From contig OZ243927.1 in NCBI GenBank assembly GCA_965213925.1, positions 608,001 to 672,000 of the forward strand: a stretch of 64,000 nt of DNA, in the 5' to 3' direction. Below the pieces are notes generated by a model. That model ran no database searches and was not told the DNA's origin. It saw only the letters and a program-made list of their open reading frames with translations. The DNA is from Trueperaceae bacterium. GTDB lineage: Bacteria; Deinococcota; Deinococci; Deinococcales; Trueperaceae. Every line of letters begins with the position of its first letter. Position 1 is the first letter of the stretch. The translations under genes were made by a program, and so were the position numbers. Below are positions 30,419-41,300 of this stretch, one piece after another.

Positions 30419-32914
30419 TCACGCCGTCACCGCGACATCGCTTTCTAGGTTGCTTTTTGCCTCTTCCACGCTCTTCGCCCGCATCCGTTTCATCTCGGGG
30501 TCGAAGAGCGGCTCCGCTTGCACGGTGGCTGAGAAGCGTTCGCCGAAGTATTCAATCTGCAAAGAGGTTCCTTCTTTGGCAAGCTGCGGTGGCAACCAAG
30601 CGTAAGCAATACCTCTTCCAACCGTGTAGCCATATGCCGCGCTCGTCACGTAGCCAATCGCTTCATCTCCGCCATAAACGGGCTCACTGCCCATCACAAC
30701 TTTAGAAGCGTCATCCAGCGTGAGACAGGTTAAAACTTGACGCGGACCCTCTTCTTTTCGCTCGAGCAAAGCCTCTTTGCCGATAAAGTCCTCTTTATCC
30801 ATCTTCACGGCGAAGCCTAAACCTGCCTCGAAGGGGTCGTGCTCGGTGTGCATGTCTTTGCCCCACGAGCGGTAGCCTTTCTCGAGCCTCAACCCGTCAA
30901 ACGCCCCGCGTCCACCCGCGATGATGCCGTACGCTTGCCCCGCCTCCCACAAGAGGTTCCAGAGGCGGTAGCCGTACTCGTAAGAGGTGTAGAGTTCGTA
31001 GCCCAACTCGCCAACGTAAGAAAGCCGCAAGGCGCGTACCGGAACCTCACGGATAAAAACCTCTTTCGCCTTGAAAAACCCGTGACCTTCGTGCGAGAAG
31101 TCGCTTTCGGAGAGGGACTGCATCACATCTCTCGCATACGGTCCCCAAATGCCGATACAGCAGAGCTTGGAGGTTGCGTCCTCCACGTGAACTTCGCCCA
31201 TCTGCGCGGCGTGCTCTTGCAAGTGCGTAACGTCCATCCCGCTGTTAATGCCGAGCTGGTAGAGGTTTTTGTCCAGTCGCGCCACCGTCACGTCGCTTTT
31301 AACGCCGCCCGCTTCGTCCAGCACGAGCGTATACGTCACGTTGCCGACGCGCATGTTCATCTTGCCCGTGGTGAGCTTGTTCAGTAACGCTGTTGCGTTT
31401 TTGCCGCTCACCTCGACCTTTTTCAAAGAGGTCATGTCAAAGAGGGCGACGCGCTCCCTGGTCGTTCTATGCTCTGCTCCAACGATGGGCGACCAAAATT
31501 TGGCGGACCAGTTGTCGCGCTTAGGAACGAAGCTTGAATCTAACCTCTTATTCACTTCAAACCACTGCGGACGCTCCCAGCCGGAGGACTCGAGGAAAAA
31601 CGCCCCCAATTCCTTCTGCTGACCATAAAAAGGCGATACCCGAAGCGGTCGCGGCTCCTCCACCGGTTGCAGCGGATGGATGATGTCGTAAACTTCGATA
31701 AAGTTCTGCGAGCCGCGCTGACGGATATAAGAGGGGCTCTTGCCGTGCGCCTCGAAGCGGTCGATGTGGTGTTCGCGCAAACCAATCGGAGACTTACCCG
31801 TCATGATCCACTCCGCCACGCACTCGCCCGCGCCGCCCGCGTGCGTGACCCAGACCGCCTCGGCTGCCCAGAACCCTTTGACCTTGGAAGACTCGCCGAA
31901 GACGCTCATGCCGTCTTGGGTGAAGGAGAAGAGCCCGTTCATGCCCCAATCGATTTCAGCCTGCTCGAGCGGTGGCAAGAGGTCTTTCGCATCATTCCAA
32001 GGACCTTCGAAATCTTCAGGCGTAAAGGGGTTCACCGAAGGCATGACCGGGGCTTGGCTTAAAGACTGAATATTCTCAGCGGCAACAGGCATGGCGCGGT
32101 GCTGGTACGAGCCGACACCGTAGGTGTCGTAAAACTGCTTGAAATACATGCTGCTGTCTTGGTGGCGCAAAATGGGCTGGGCGGTCTCGTCGTCCTTGAA
32201 GTGGCTCAGCGCTTCGAGCGGTTTGGTGTACGCCATCTGGTGCTCTAAGGGCTGTAGCGGCAGCGTAAGCCCCACCATCTTGCCGATCTTCGGTCCCCAG
32301 ATGCCCGCGCAGCAGACGACAACATCAGCCTCGAAGCGTCCTTTGCTCGTGACGACAGCTTGCACGCGCCCGTCACTGACCTCTATATCTAAAACTTCTG
32401 CGTTTCCGTGAAAGACCGCGCCACGCTCTTGCGCTTTTTGTCCCAACGCTGCGCCGATGCGCACCGCCTTGCCAATGCCATCGCTCGGAACGAAATAGCC
32501 GCCGTAAATTTTCCCTTGGTCGAGTTGCGGAATCATTTCGGCGCATTCTTCGGGCGAGAGAAGTTTTGCGCCCTCTAACCCATACGACGCGGCGAAGCCT
32601 AGCTTTCTTTTAAGTTCTTGTAAGCGTTCGGGTGTATACGCCACCTCGACGCTGCCGGTCTCGATGTAGCACGGTCCGTCCTCATGCGTCAGCGAGCTGT
32701 ACTTTTCCACCGAGCGCATCGCCAGTTTCGTCATCGAGCGCGAGCTGTTGGTTTGAAACATCAGCCCGGGCGCGTGCGAGCTGCTGCCGCCCGTTTCGAA
32801 GAGCGGACCCTTCTCGGTAACCGTAACATCGGTTGCGCCGAGCTTCATTAGGTGTTCCGTAAGCACACAGCCCACGATACCTGCGCCGATAACGACGATC
32901 TTCCCCCGACTCAT
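30419..32914 (-). CDS. Dimethylglycine oxidase/dehydrogenase (FAD domain plus GcvT domain)
   Basis: GAGIVG, GGSSSHAPG (covalent-FAD His), LEHQ, RHQD..MY, SYVGELGYEL and LRLEKGYR. Confidence 0.88.
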   Translation of the reverse strand: MSRGKIVVIGAGIVGCVLTEHLMKLGATDVTVTEKGPLFETGGSSSHAPGLMFQTNSSRSMTKLAMRSVEKYSSLTHEDGPCYIETGSVEVAYTPERLQELKRKLGFAASYGLEGAKLLSPEECAEMIPQLDQGKIYGGYFVPSDGIGKAVRIGAALGQKAQERGAVFHGNAEVLDIEVSDGRVQAVVTSKGRFEADVVVCCAGIWGPKIGKMVGLTLPLQPLEHQMAYTKPLEALSHFKDDETAQPILRHQDSSMYFKQFYDTYGVGSYQHRAMPVAAENIQSLSQAPVMPSVNPFTPEDFEGPWNDAKDLLPPLEQAEIDWGMNGLFSFTQDGMSVFGESSKVKGFWAAEAVWVTHAGGAGECVAEWIMTGKSPIGLREHHIDRFEAHGKSPSYIRQRGSQNFIEVYDIIHPLQPVEEPRPLRVSPFYGQQKELGAFFLESSGWERPQWFEVNKRLDSSFVPKRDNWSAKFWSPIVGAEHRTTRERVALFDMTSLKKVEVSGKNATALLNKLTTGKMNMRVGNVTYTLVLDEAGGVKSDVTVARLDKNLYQLGINSGMDVTHLQEHAAQMGEVHVEDATSKLCCIGIWGPYARDVMQSLSESDFSHEGHGFFKAKEVFIREVPVRALRLSYVGELGYELYTSYEYGYRLWNLLWEAGQAYGIIAGGRGAFDGLRLEKGYRSWGKDMHTEHDPFEAGLGFAVKMDKEDFIGKEALLERKEEGPRQVLTCLTLDDASKVVMGSEPVYGGDEAIGYVTSAAYGYTVGRGIAYAWLPPQLAKEGTSLQIEYFGERFSATVQAEPLFDPEMKRMRAKSVEEAKSNLESDVAVTA

Positions 32915-33010
32915 GCTCTGCTCGTAACCGTCTGACCCATGCTTGCGCTCCTAACTACGGTACTCACACCTAATGTACAACTGGTTTACATTCAACAGAA
33001 CGCTCGAGGT

Positions 33011-33031
33011 TTGTTGCAAATAAAACAACAA
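33011..33031. promoter_or_regulatory. Palindromic operator candidate upstream of the DMG operon
   Basis: TTGTTG-N9-CAACAA, with a further GCGCAACAAC half site at about 33043. Confidence 0.45.
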
Positions 33032-33320
33032 GAGGATAAATGGCGCAACAACGAGTTGGATAATTGTACATAGTGAGTAGAGTGAGGTCAAGAAGGAGCG
33101 AGCCTATCGGAGCCAAATCCGCCGAGCTTGAGCGCCTCAGCCTTCTGTAGCGCAGCCACCCTAAGTGCGACACGTCAGAAAGTCTGCTTTAGGACGCTCG
33201 CAGCGACTATTCCCGCAGAAACACTGTGTCACAACTGTTCCCTACAACATTACAAACGTGATTTTTGTTACAGTAAACTCGAGCTTGACGTGAACTACAA
33301 CTCCATCTTTGGGGGCTTTT

Positions 33321-34166
33321 ATGAAGTGGGAAAATAGAGGCAGAAGTCGCAATTTAGAGAACCGTCGGAGCGGCAAAAGTGTAGGTATTCCTCTCGGCAT
33401 CGGCGGAACGCTAGTCTTGCTCGTGCTCAGCTTGCTCTTAGGCGTAGACCTCTTCAGCGTGTTGGGGATCACCTCGCCGCAAGCAGGCATGTCGAGCCGT
33501 CCTCCTTTGGAATCCAACCCCGCCGAGGAGGAACTCACCGACTTCATGTCGTTCTTGATTGACGACACCCAAGAGGTGTGGAGCGCTATGTTCGAGGAGA
33601 GCGGGATCACCTATAGAGAGGCGACGCTCGTCCTCTTCCGTGACAGGGTGGAGTCGGCATGTGGGGTTGCGCCCTCGTCGGTCGGACCGTTTTACTGCCC
33701 GCTCGACAGCACTATCTACCTCGACTTCGCCTTCTATGACACCTTGCGTGGACGTTACGGCGCACCGGGCGACTTCGCGCAGGCGTACGTGGTAGCGCAC
33801 GAGGTCGGGCACCACATCCAAAACCTGCTCGGCACGGCGTCCGAGGTGCGTCAAGCGCAGCAGGCGCGTCCGGGTGAAGCGAACGCACTCTCCGTCGCTT
33901 TAGAACTCCAAGCGGACTGCTACGCAGGCATCTACGGCGCGAGCGCACAGGCGCGCGGGCTTTTAGAGCGCGGTGACTTGGAGGAAGGGCTCCGCGCGGC
34001 GGCGGCCGTGGGCGACGACCGTCTGCAGCGTCAAAGGGTGGGGCGCGTCAACACCGAGACCTTCACGCACGGCAGCTCGGAGCAGCGCATGAGCTAGTTT
34101 GCTCGCGGCTTCGAGACGGGCGACCCGAACGCCTGCAACACCTTCAGTCGTGCGTCACTGCCCTAG
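33321..34166 (+). pseudogene. Neutral zinc metallopeptidase (YpfJ-like) with an in-frame TAG at a conserved Trp
   Basis: GPFYCP, HEVGHH and ELQADC; HGSSEQRMS*(TAG 34095)FARGFETGDPNACNTF continues the family C-terminus. Confidence 0.8.
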
Positions 34167-34265
34167 GTGTTTTCCGGTGTGGATAGCTCCGAGGTTTACA
34201 AGAAGCGTTTAATAGCAGTTTCACTTATCCTTGCTTGAGTGCAACTATGCAAAGTAACGCTTCTC

Positions 34266-34430
34266 CGCAGATTTCACAGCTTTGCTGTAACGGAACATCA
34301 CTTAAAGTGCGTGTTAGACGACGATCTTTCTAGTGAGAGTATAACTGACCAGATGAAAGTGCAGTCGCGTGGCGCGCAGTCGCGAAGCTCCCACTGGCCC
34401 GCTAGCTGCTTTAGCGGGTATACCTGCTAT
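34266..34430. repeat. Family B element, degenerate (B5)
   Basis: CGCAGATTTCA..AACGGAAC..GTGCGTG..AGTGAGAGTAT..CCAGATGA..ACCTGCTAT, matching 54919+ and 60825+. Confidence 0.6.
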
Positions 34431-34570
34431 AAGAATCTGGCAATGAGTTACGTTGTGGACGTGCATTTTGCGCTACGCTAGAGCGTAGATATTCAAAAAT
34501 CGACTGCTGAGAATATAAAACTTGACGAGACCTCAAAAGAGAAGAATGGTTCAAGGAAAGAGGGTGGAGG

Positions 34571-36523
34571 ATGGCGCAGAACGTCACACAAAAACTCATC
34601 GAAAGTCACCTCGTAGACGGGGAGATGACCGCGGGCAAGGAGATCGGTCTCAAGATGGACCAGACCCTGACCCAAGACGCGACGGGCACGCTGGTGATGC
34701 TCGAGTTCGAAGCTCTAGGTCTCCCCAGGGTCAAGACCGAACTCTCCGCACAGTACGTGGACCATAACCTCATCCAAGCCGACCACAAGAACCCCGACGA
34801 CCACCTCTTCTTGCAGAGCGCCTGCGAGAAGTTCGGCGTTTACTTCTCGCGCCCCGGTAACGGCATCTCGCACGCCGTTCACATGGAGCGCTTTGGCATC
34901 CCCGGCAAAACGCTCGTCGGCTCGGATTCGCACACGCCCGCCGCGGGCTCGATGGGCATGTTGGCCATCGGTGCGGGCGGCTTAGAGGTCTGCCTGGCGA
35001 TGGCGGGCGAGCCTCTATACATCAAAATGCCGAAAGTTTTAGGTGTGAAGCTCACGGGCGAACTGCAAGACTGGGTGAGCGCGAAAGACGTCGTTTTGGA
35101 GATGCTGCGCCGCTTCGACGTGGACGGCGCGAAGGGCTACGTCATCGAGTACTTCGGTCCCGGACTGGACAACCTCTCGGCGATGGACCGCCACGTGATC
35201 GCGAATATGGGTACGGAGATGGGCGCGACCAGCACGGTCTTCCCGTCCGACGGCGAGGTCAAGCGCTTTCTCAAATCGCAAGGACGCGAGGACGACTGGA
35301 CGGAGCTTGTCGCGGACGAGGGCGCAGAGTACGACAAGGTCGACGAGTTGGACCTCTCCACGGTCGAGCCGATGATCGCGCTGCCGAGTTCTCCGGGCAA
35401 CGTCGTGCCGGTGAGCGAAGTCGCGGGCAAGAAGATTTACCAAGCCTACATCGGCTCGTCGGCGAACCCCGGTATGCGCGACTTCGCGGTGCCCGCGATG
35501 ATGGTCGAAGATAAGCAAGTTCATACGGACGTGTCCTTCGACATCAACCCCAGCTCGAGGCAAATCCTAGAGAACTTGACCGAAGACGGGCACTTAGCCT
35601 CGCTGATTCGCAGCGGCGGACGCCTCCACCAAGCGGGCTGTAACGGCTGCATCGGCATGGGGCAAGCGCCCGCGACGGGGCGCATCAGCTTGCGCACCGT
35701 GCCGCGCAACTTTCCGGGACGGAGCGGCACCGAAGAGGACGCCGTTTACCTCTGCAGCCCTGAAACGGCGACCGCCTCGGCGCTTACGGGCGTCATCACC
35801 GACCCGCGCACCTTGGATATGCCCTATCCGCAGTACAAAGAGCCCGACGACATCACCATCAACGCCCGCATGATCCACGAGCCGCCCCAAGACGGCGAAG
35901 ACGTCGAGATCATCAAGGGGCCGAACGTCCAGGACTTACCGCCTTTCGAGCCGCTGCCCGACACGTTAGAACTGCCCGTCTTGCTCAAAGTCGGCGACGA
36001 CGTCTCCACGGACGAGATCATGCCCGCCGGCTCGAACGTGCTGCCGTACCGCTCTAACGTTCCCGAAATTAGCAAGTTCGTCTACTACCAGGTGGACAAC
36101 ACCTATACGGACCGCGCGTTAGAGGCGAAAGAGGAGGGCGGCTCGATGATTGTGGGCGGCGACAACTACGGGCAGGGCTCGAGCCGCGAACACGCCGCGA
36201 TCGCCCCGCGCTACTTGGGCGTCAAGGCGGTGCTTGCCAAGAGCTTCGCCCGCATCCACTGGCAAAACCTCAACAACTTCGGCATCTTGCCCCTGACGTT
36301 TGCCGACCCCGATGATTTTGAGCGGATCGAGCAGGGCGACGTGCTTAAACTCGAGGGGGTCCGCGACGCCCTCGAAGGCAGCGCGACCGTCTCCGTCGTC
36401 AACGAGGCCAAAGGGGAGAGCTACAAAGCGGAGCACGAGATGAGCGAGCGCCAGGTGGACATGATTCTGGCTGGGAGCCTCATCAACCAAGTGCGCGAGC
36501 GTCTAGGTGCAGCGGGGCAATAA
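34571..36523 (+). CDS. Aconitate hydratase (short aconitase family)
   Basis: QDATG, DHN, GSDSHT, CNGCIG, RNFPGR, STDEI and NYGQGSSREHAA. Confidence 0.93.
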   Translation: MAQNVTQKLIESHLVDGEMTAGKEIGLKMDQTLTQDATGTLVMLEFEALGLPRVKTELSAQYVDHNLIQADHKNPDDHLFLQSACEKFGVYFSRPGNGISHAVHMERFGIPGKTLVGSDSHTPAAGSMGMLAIGAGGLEVCLAMAGEPLYIKMPKVLGVKLTGELQDWVSAKDVVLEMLRRFDVDGAKGYVIEYFGPGLDNLSAMDRHVIANMGTEMGATSTVFPSDGEVKRFLKSQGREDDWTELVADEGAEYDKVDELDLSTVEPMIALPSSPGNVVPVSEVAGKKIYQAYIGSSANPGMRDFAVPAMMVEDKQVHTDVSFDINPSSRQILENLTEDGHLASLIRSGGRLHQAGCNGCIGMGQAPATGRISLRTVPRNFPGRSGTEEDAVYLCSPETATASALTGVITDPRTLDMPYPQYKEPDDITINARMIHEPPQDGEDVEIIKGPNVQDLPPFEPLPDTLELPVLLKVGDDVSTDEIMPAGSNVLPYRSNVPEISKFVYYQVDNTYTDRALEAKEEGGSMIVGGDNYGQGSSREHAAIAPRYLGVKAVLAKSFARIHWQNLNNFGILPLTFADPDDFERIEQGDVLKLEGVRDALEGSATVSVVNEAKGESYKAEHEMSERQVDMILAGSLINQVRERLGAAGQ

Positions 36524-36537
36524 GAGACAGACAACCG

Positions 36538-36568
36538 AGCAGAGACCTCTTTTGCAGAGGTCTCTGCT
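36538..36568. terminator. Hairpin after aconitase, built from GACCTCT/AGAGGTC
   Basis: AGCAGAGACCTCT-TTTGC-AGAGGTCTCTGCT. Confidence 0.65.
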
Positions 36569-36680
36569 AGTACTGCGCCCTACTTATGGTGTTCGAGCCT
36601 CTTACGGGTAGGCGCTGGGCGAAGGCCTATAGCCAAAAGGCACTATCAAGTTCGTAAAACTTAGTTGACGGTGTACTGAC

Positions 36681-36868
36681 TCCAGCGTCAAGTAAAAAAT
36701 GAGTCATGTCATTCTGAGCGGAGCGCCAGCCCTACGGTAAACCATAGGATAGACTCCGAGAAAGAATCCCTGACCTTGCTGACTCCTCTGACAGAGAACG
36801 AAAGACGAGACCCTTCACGCCTTCGGCTCAGGGTGACAACAATGGCGCAGAATTTACTTAACGGTGTA
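36681..36868. mobile_element. Family A MITE-like element (A2), preceded by an orphan TIR at 36661-36675
   Basis: TGTCATTCTGAGC...GCTCAGGGTGACA core, near reverse complement of 41455-41620; 36661-36682 is identical to 8862-8883. Confidence 0.8.
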
Positions 36869-36978
36869 GTAAGTTAGAATCTTTGTATTGGCTCGAGCAT
36901 GAAAGTATGTTCTGAACGCTTCTCTCTAAATACCGCGATTTTTAGTACAATAGGGTATCTTGTAGTTAAGGAGCGTTC

Positions 36979-38175
36979 GTGCCTTCATTCGATTTCGGCA
37001 CTCAAATTTTTGCAACGCTGCGTTTCGCTGACCTTATCGATATGGCCCTTGTCGCCGTGCTTCTCTTCGGGCTGCTCAACTGGCTGCGGCAGAGCACCTC
37101 ACCGACCGCCTCGCGGCGTTTAGCGCTGACGCTGCTCATCTTCGGCGTTATCTACCTCTTGGCGAACACCTTCGAGCTTTTTTTGGTCGAGCGTTTCTTG
37201 AGCGTGCTCTTTCTCGCCTCGTTGGTCGCTGTCGTGGTCATTTTTCAGGCGGAAATCCGCCGCATGTTCACGCACCTCAGCACCTTTAATCCCTTCGCTT
37301 CGTCGGTCGACCTAGACGAGACCACCCTCGACCAGCTCGCCGAAGCCTCCATCTATCTGGCTGAGGCTAAAGTGGGCGCGCTCATCGCCCTTAGAGGCGA
37401 AGAGGCGTGGGATGACCTCGTGCAAGGGGGCGTGCCCCTAAACGGTTTGGTCAGTCAGCCGCTGCTCTATAGCCTCTTCAACCCAGATACCTCCGGACAC
37501 GACGGGGCTGTGCTTATAGAAGGAAGGCGTGTAACTCGTTTCGCGGCGCACCTGCCCCTCGCCACAGAGCTTCCCGAGGAGAGTCGCTACGGCGGTACTC
37601 GTCACGCGGCGGCACTCGGGCTGAGCGAACACTGCGACGCGCTCGTCATCGTAGTATCCGAAGAGCGCGGCGTCGTCAGCGTCGCCCAAGGGAGCGCGCT
37701 CGACGAACTCCGCTCAGCGGGCGACCTTAAAGCGTACCTGCAGGAGTTTTGGCAGCGGCATCACGCGCACTCGAAGCGCCAGCCGCGCCGCTGGATTCCT
37801 CACCTGCCGACGGCGTCGCTCTCGCTCGTCTTCGCCTGCTTGCTCTGGCTGCTCTTCGCCTACAGCCCCGAGACGGTCTCCCGGATCGTCAACGTCCCCG
37901 TCGAGTTGCGCAACTTGCCCGACGACTGGGAGCTTGTCGGTATCTCACCCAGGTCGGTCCAGGTGACGTTAGCAGGTTCCGAACAAGCGTTTTCACAACT
38001 TGACGGGAACGCGCTCTCCGTCTCGTTCGACCTCTCGAACCCGCAGAGAGGACCGCAGAAGCTCGTGATCCGTGAGGACCAGCTCAAGCTGCCCTCGAGC
38101 TTACGCCTCAACAACCTCGAGCCCGAGCAAGTGCAAGTCACCGCCCGGCCGCTCGCGGCGACCGAGCGACCCTGA
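36979..38175 (+). CDS. Diadenylate cyclase (CdaA-like) fused to a YbbR/CdaR domain
   Basis: Three N-terminal TM helices, IFQAEIRR, HDGAV, GTRHAAALG and VSEERG, then a TM helix and a YbbR-like domain. Confidence 0.85.
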   Translation: MPSFDFGTQIFATLRFADLIDMALVAVLLFGLLNWLRQSTSPTASRRLALTLLIFGVIYLLANTFELFLVERFLSVLFLASLVAVVVIFQAEIRRMFTHLSTFNPFASSVDLDETTLDQLAEASIYLAEAKVGALIALRGEEAWDDLVQGGVPLNGLVSQPLLYSLFNPDTSGHDGAVLIEGRRVTRFAAHLPLATELPEESRYGGTRHAAALGLSEHCDALVIVVSEERGVVSVAQGSALDELRSAGDLKAYLQEFWQRHHAHSKRQPRRWIPHLPTASLSLVFACLLWLLFAYSPETVSRIVNVPVELRNLPDDWELVGISPRSVQVTLAGSEQAFSQLDGNALSVSFDLSNPQRGPQKLVIREDQLKLPSSLRLNNLEPEQVQVTARPLAATERP

Positions 38176-38186
38176 AAAAGCTTCGG

Positions 38187-38262
38187 TGGCAGGTATCGTT
38201 GTGTTTAAGTCAGCCTCACTTTTAGGAATATCATCCAGTGCGTCCGGTGGTGATACTTGCGC
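38187..38262. repeat. Family B element, reverse orientation (B6)
   Basis: TGGCAGGTATC...TGATACTTGCGC; the reverse complement resembles 60823-60944. Confidence 0.55.
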
Positions 38263-38384
38263 GGTATAAGCTCGACTTCGAAAAGCTTTTAGTCGTAGAG
38301 AACCTACGAACCCGTATCTTTTCTCGAGACTGTAAGGTAAGAGGTCAAGAAAACGCGCCTCAAACGGTACACTAAGGTCTGTTT

Positions 38385-41300
38385 TTGGCGCTTCGCAAGC
38401 CTACTCACGAAACGGTTATCACCTTGTTACAAACTGCGAAAGAAACTCAATCCAAACGTCTTTTAGGTCTACCTGCGGTCGCCCGGCTCGCCCTCTTCGC
38501 CCGTACCGAGGGGCCCGCGGTGCTCATCACCACAGCGGAAAGACTTCCTCTTTTTCGCGACACGGGTCTCTTTGGTACGCTTAGCAGCACCAATCCTGAC
38601 TTAACCGACTGGCAGGACAAGCGCGAGAAGGTCGCCCTGGATTTAGAGACGGCGCTACGCCCCTTTCCGAACGACCCTGAACAGTACGCCCTCACTTTAG
38701 AGGTCGGCAGGGAGTATCCCCGAGATGACCTCTTGGAACAGCTCGTCTCGTTCGGCTATGAGCGCGACGGGATGCCCGGCGTGGTCGTGCGCGGCGACAC
38801 GCTTTCGGTTTACCTAGACGAAGAGGACGAGGAGAGGGTCTTGCGGCTCGAGTTCTTCGGCGACGAGTTGGACACGGTGCAAGTCGCAGGAGAAACGGTA
38901 GAACGCTACGTTTTAGCCCCTTTAGAAAGTGCGGAGATTGACGAAGAGGCGTGGTCATCGACCCTCTTAGAACAACTTGGCGGAACGGTCTATCTCGATT
39001 CGTCGGAGCTTTTTGCGGGCGAGCTTGATGACGCGGGGAGAATGGAAACGTTCTGGCAGTACTTGGAGACTCGAGAGATCATCTCCTTCGGACGCGACCC
39101 CTTAGAGATATCGGACGAAAAGAGCGACCTGGAGCCTTTAGGCTACTACCGGGGCAAGCTCTCCGACTTCGCAAACGATGTAGAGGGTTGGTTGGGGGGC
39201 GGTTACAGCGTTACGCTGCTTTTGAAGTTCGAACGTACCGGACGCTATTTGAAGGAAAAGGTGTTGGGGGAAAGCCAGTCCAAGTGGACTCAGCGCGTCG
39301 AGAAGCATCCCGGCGTGCTCGGGCTCGCGGTTGGCTCGGATATCGACGCAGCTTCACGCGGCGGCTACCGCGACCCGCAAGCCAAAGAGGTCATCCTCAC
39401 TGAAGACCTCTTATATGGCTACCAGGGCACGCGCAAACACAGCAAATTACCGGGGCGCAAAGTCCACGACGCCGTGCAACTCGCTGTCGGCGACTACCTC
39501 ATCCACCCCGACCACGGCATCGGGCGCTTTATGGGTTTAGAGCCGCGTCAGGTGGTGGGCGTGACTCGCGATTACCTCATCTTGCGCTACGCAGGTGAGG
39601 GCAAGCTCTATCTGCCCGTGGAGCAACTGCCAATGTTGCGCCGTCACCCCGGCACAACGGACGACCCGCCCCGGCTCTCGACCCTCGGCACGAACGAGTG
39701 GGCGCGGGCACGGGAAAAAGCGAGGGTCAATGCGCAGGTCTTGGCGCAGAAGCTCATCCGCACTTACGCCGAGCGGCAGGTTTCGAAGGGTGTCTCCCTC
39801 GGCGAAGTGCCCGATTGGGACCCCCTCATCGAGGAGAACTGCCCCTTCACCCTCACCAATGACCAGCGTAAAGCCGTCAGTTTGACGCTCCGCGACATGG
39901 CGAAAGAGACGCCGATGGACCGGCTCATCTCGGGCGACGTGGGTTTCGGCAAGACGGAAGTGGCGATTCGCGCCGCGCACCGAGCGGTGGGCAACGGCAC
40001 ACAGGTGGTCATGCTCGTACCGACGACGGTCTTGGCGCAGCAGCATTACGAGACCTTTAAGGAGCGCTTCGAAGGGTTGCCTGTGACGGTAGAGGGCTTA
40101 TCCAGATTCTCTTCCGATAAAGAAGCGCGCGCCATCCTCAAAGGGCTCAAAGAGGGCACGGTGGACATCGTCGTCGGTACGCATCGCCTCTTGTCCGACA
40201 ATGTGAAGTTCAAAAACGTCGGGCTCCTCATTATCGACGAGGAGCACCGCTTCGGCGTGAGCCAGAAGGAGAAGATGAAGGCGTTCAAGGCGAACTTGGA
40301 CATCTTGTCGCTCTCCGCGACGCCGATTCCCAGAACGCTCTACATGAGCTTGGTCGGACTGCGCGACGTGTCGCAAATTATGACGCCGCCCGCTGGACGT
40401 AAGCCGATTCAGACCGTGCTGCAACCCTATGACCGGCAAGTCGTACGCGACGCGCTGATGTTCGAACTCGAGCGCGGCGGTAAGGTCTTCTATATTCACG
40501 ACCGCATCGGCTCGATGGGCTCGAGAGCCATGTACCTCCAGAGCCTCGTCCCCGAAGCCCGCATCGGCGTGGCGCATGGGCGCATGGGCGGCGATGAACT
40601 AGAAGAGATCATGCTCCGCTTCGAAGAGGGCGCGTTCGATGTTCTCCTCAGCACCACCATCGTCGAGTCCGGCTTGGACATCGCAGGGGCGAACACCCTC
40701 ATCATCGAACGCGCGGACCGCCTCGGCTTGGCGCAGCTCTACCAGCTTCGCGGACGGGTCGGGCGGCGCAGCACCGAAGCGTGGGCGTACCTCCTCTACC
40801 CCGGGCGCCTAACGGAGCAGGCCCAGCGCAGACTCTACGCGATGGCGGAACTCAACGACTTGGGCTCAGGACACCTCTTAGCCGAAAAAGACATGGAGAT
40901 TCGCGGCATCGGCAACCTCTTGGGACCGGAGCAGCACGGGCACATCAGCGCGGTTTCTTTAGAGGTCTATACCGAGATGCTGGCTGAAGAGATCGCGAAG
41001 CTCAAAGGTGAGCAGACCGAAGCGCGTAAACCCGTCTCGATTGATTTAGGCTTGGACGCGCGGCTCAGCCCGTCGTACATCGTGGACGACGACGAGCGCA
41101 TCGGCTTTTACGGACGCTTATCTGAAACGGACAGCTTAGCGGAAATAGGACGCATTCAGCGCGAGATGCGGGAGCGCTACGGACCCATGCCCGAAGAGGT
41201 CAAGACCTTCACCGACATCGTCAAGGTGCGCCTTTTAGCGTCGCAAAAAGGTGTCGCCACCATCACCGAGCACATGACCGACGTGCAGCTCTCCTTTGAA

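Noticed and set aside
34095..34097. Genome-wide TAG reassignment or pyrrolysine
   Set aside because: TAG ends several intact genes at the expected place (e.g. 47646, 49868, 50032) and no pyl genes are present.
38385..39400. Truncated mfd pseudogene
   Set aside because: The ORF is uninterrupted with all motor motifs, and a reduced N-terminus is expected for Deinococcus-Thermus Mfd.
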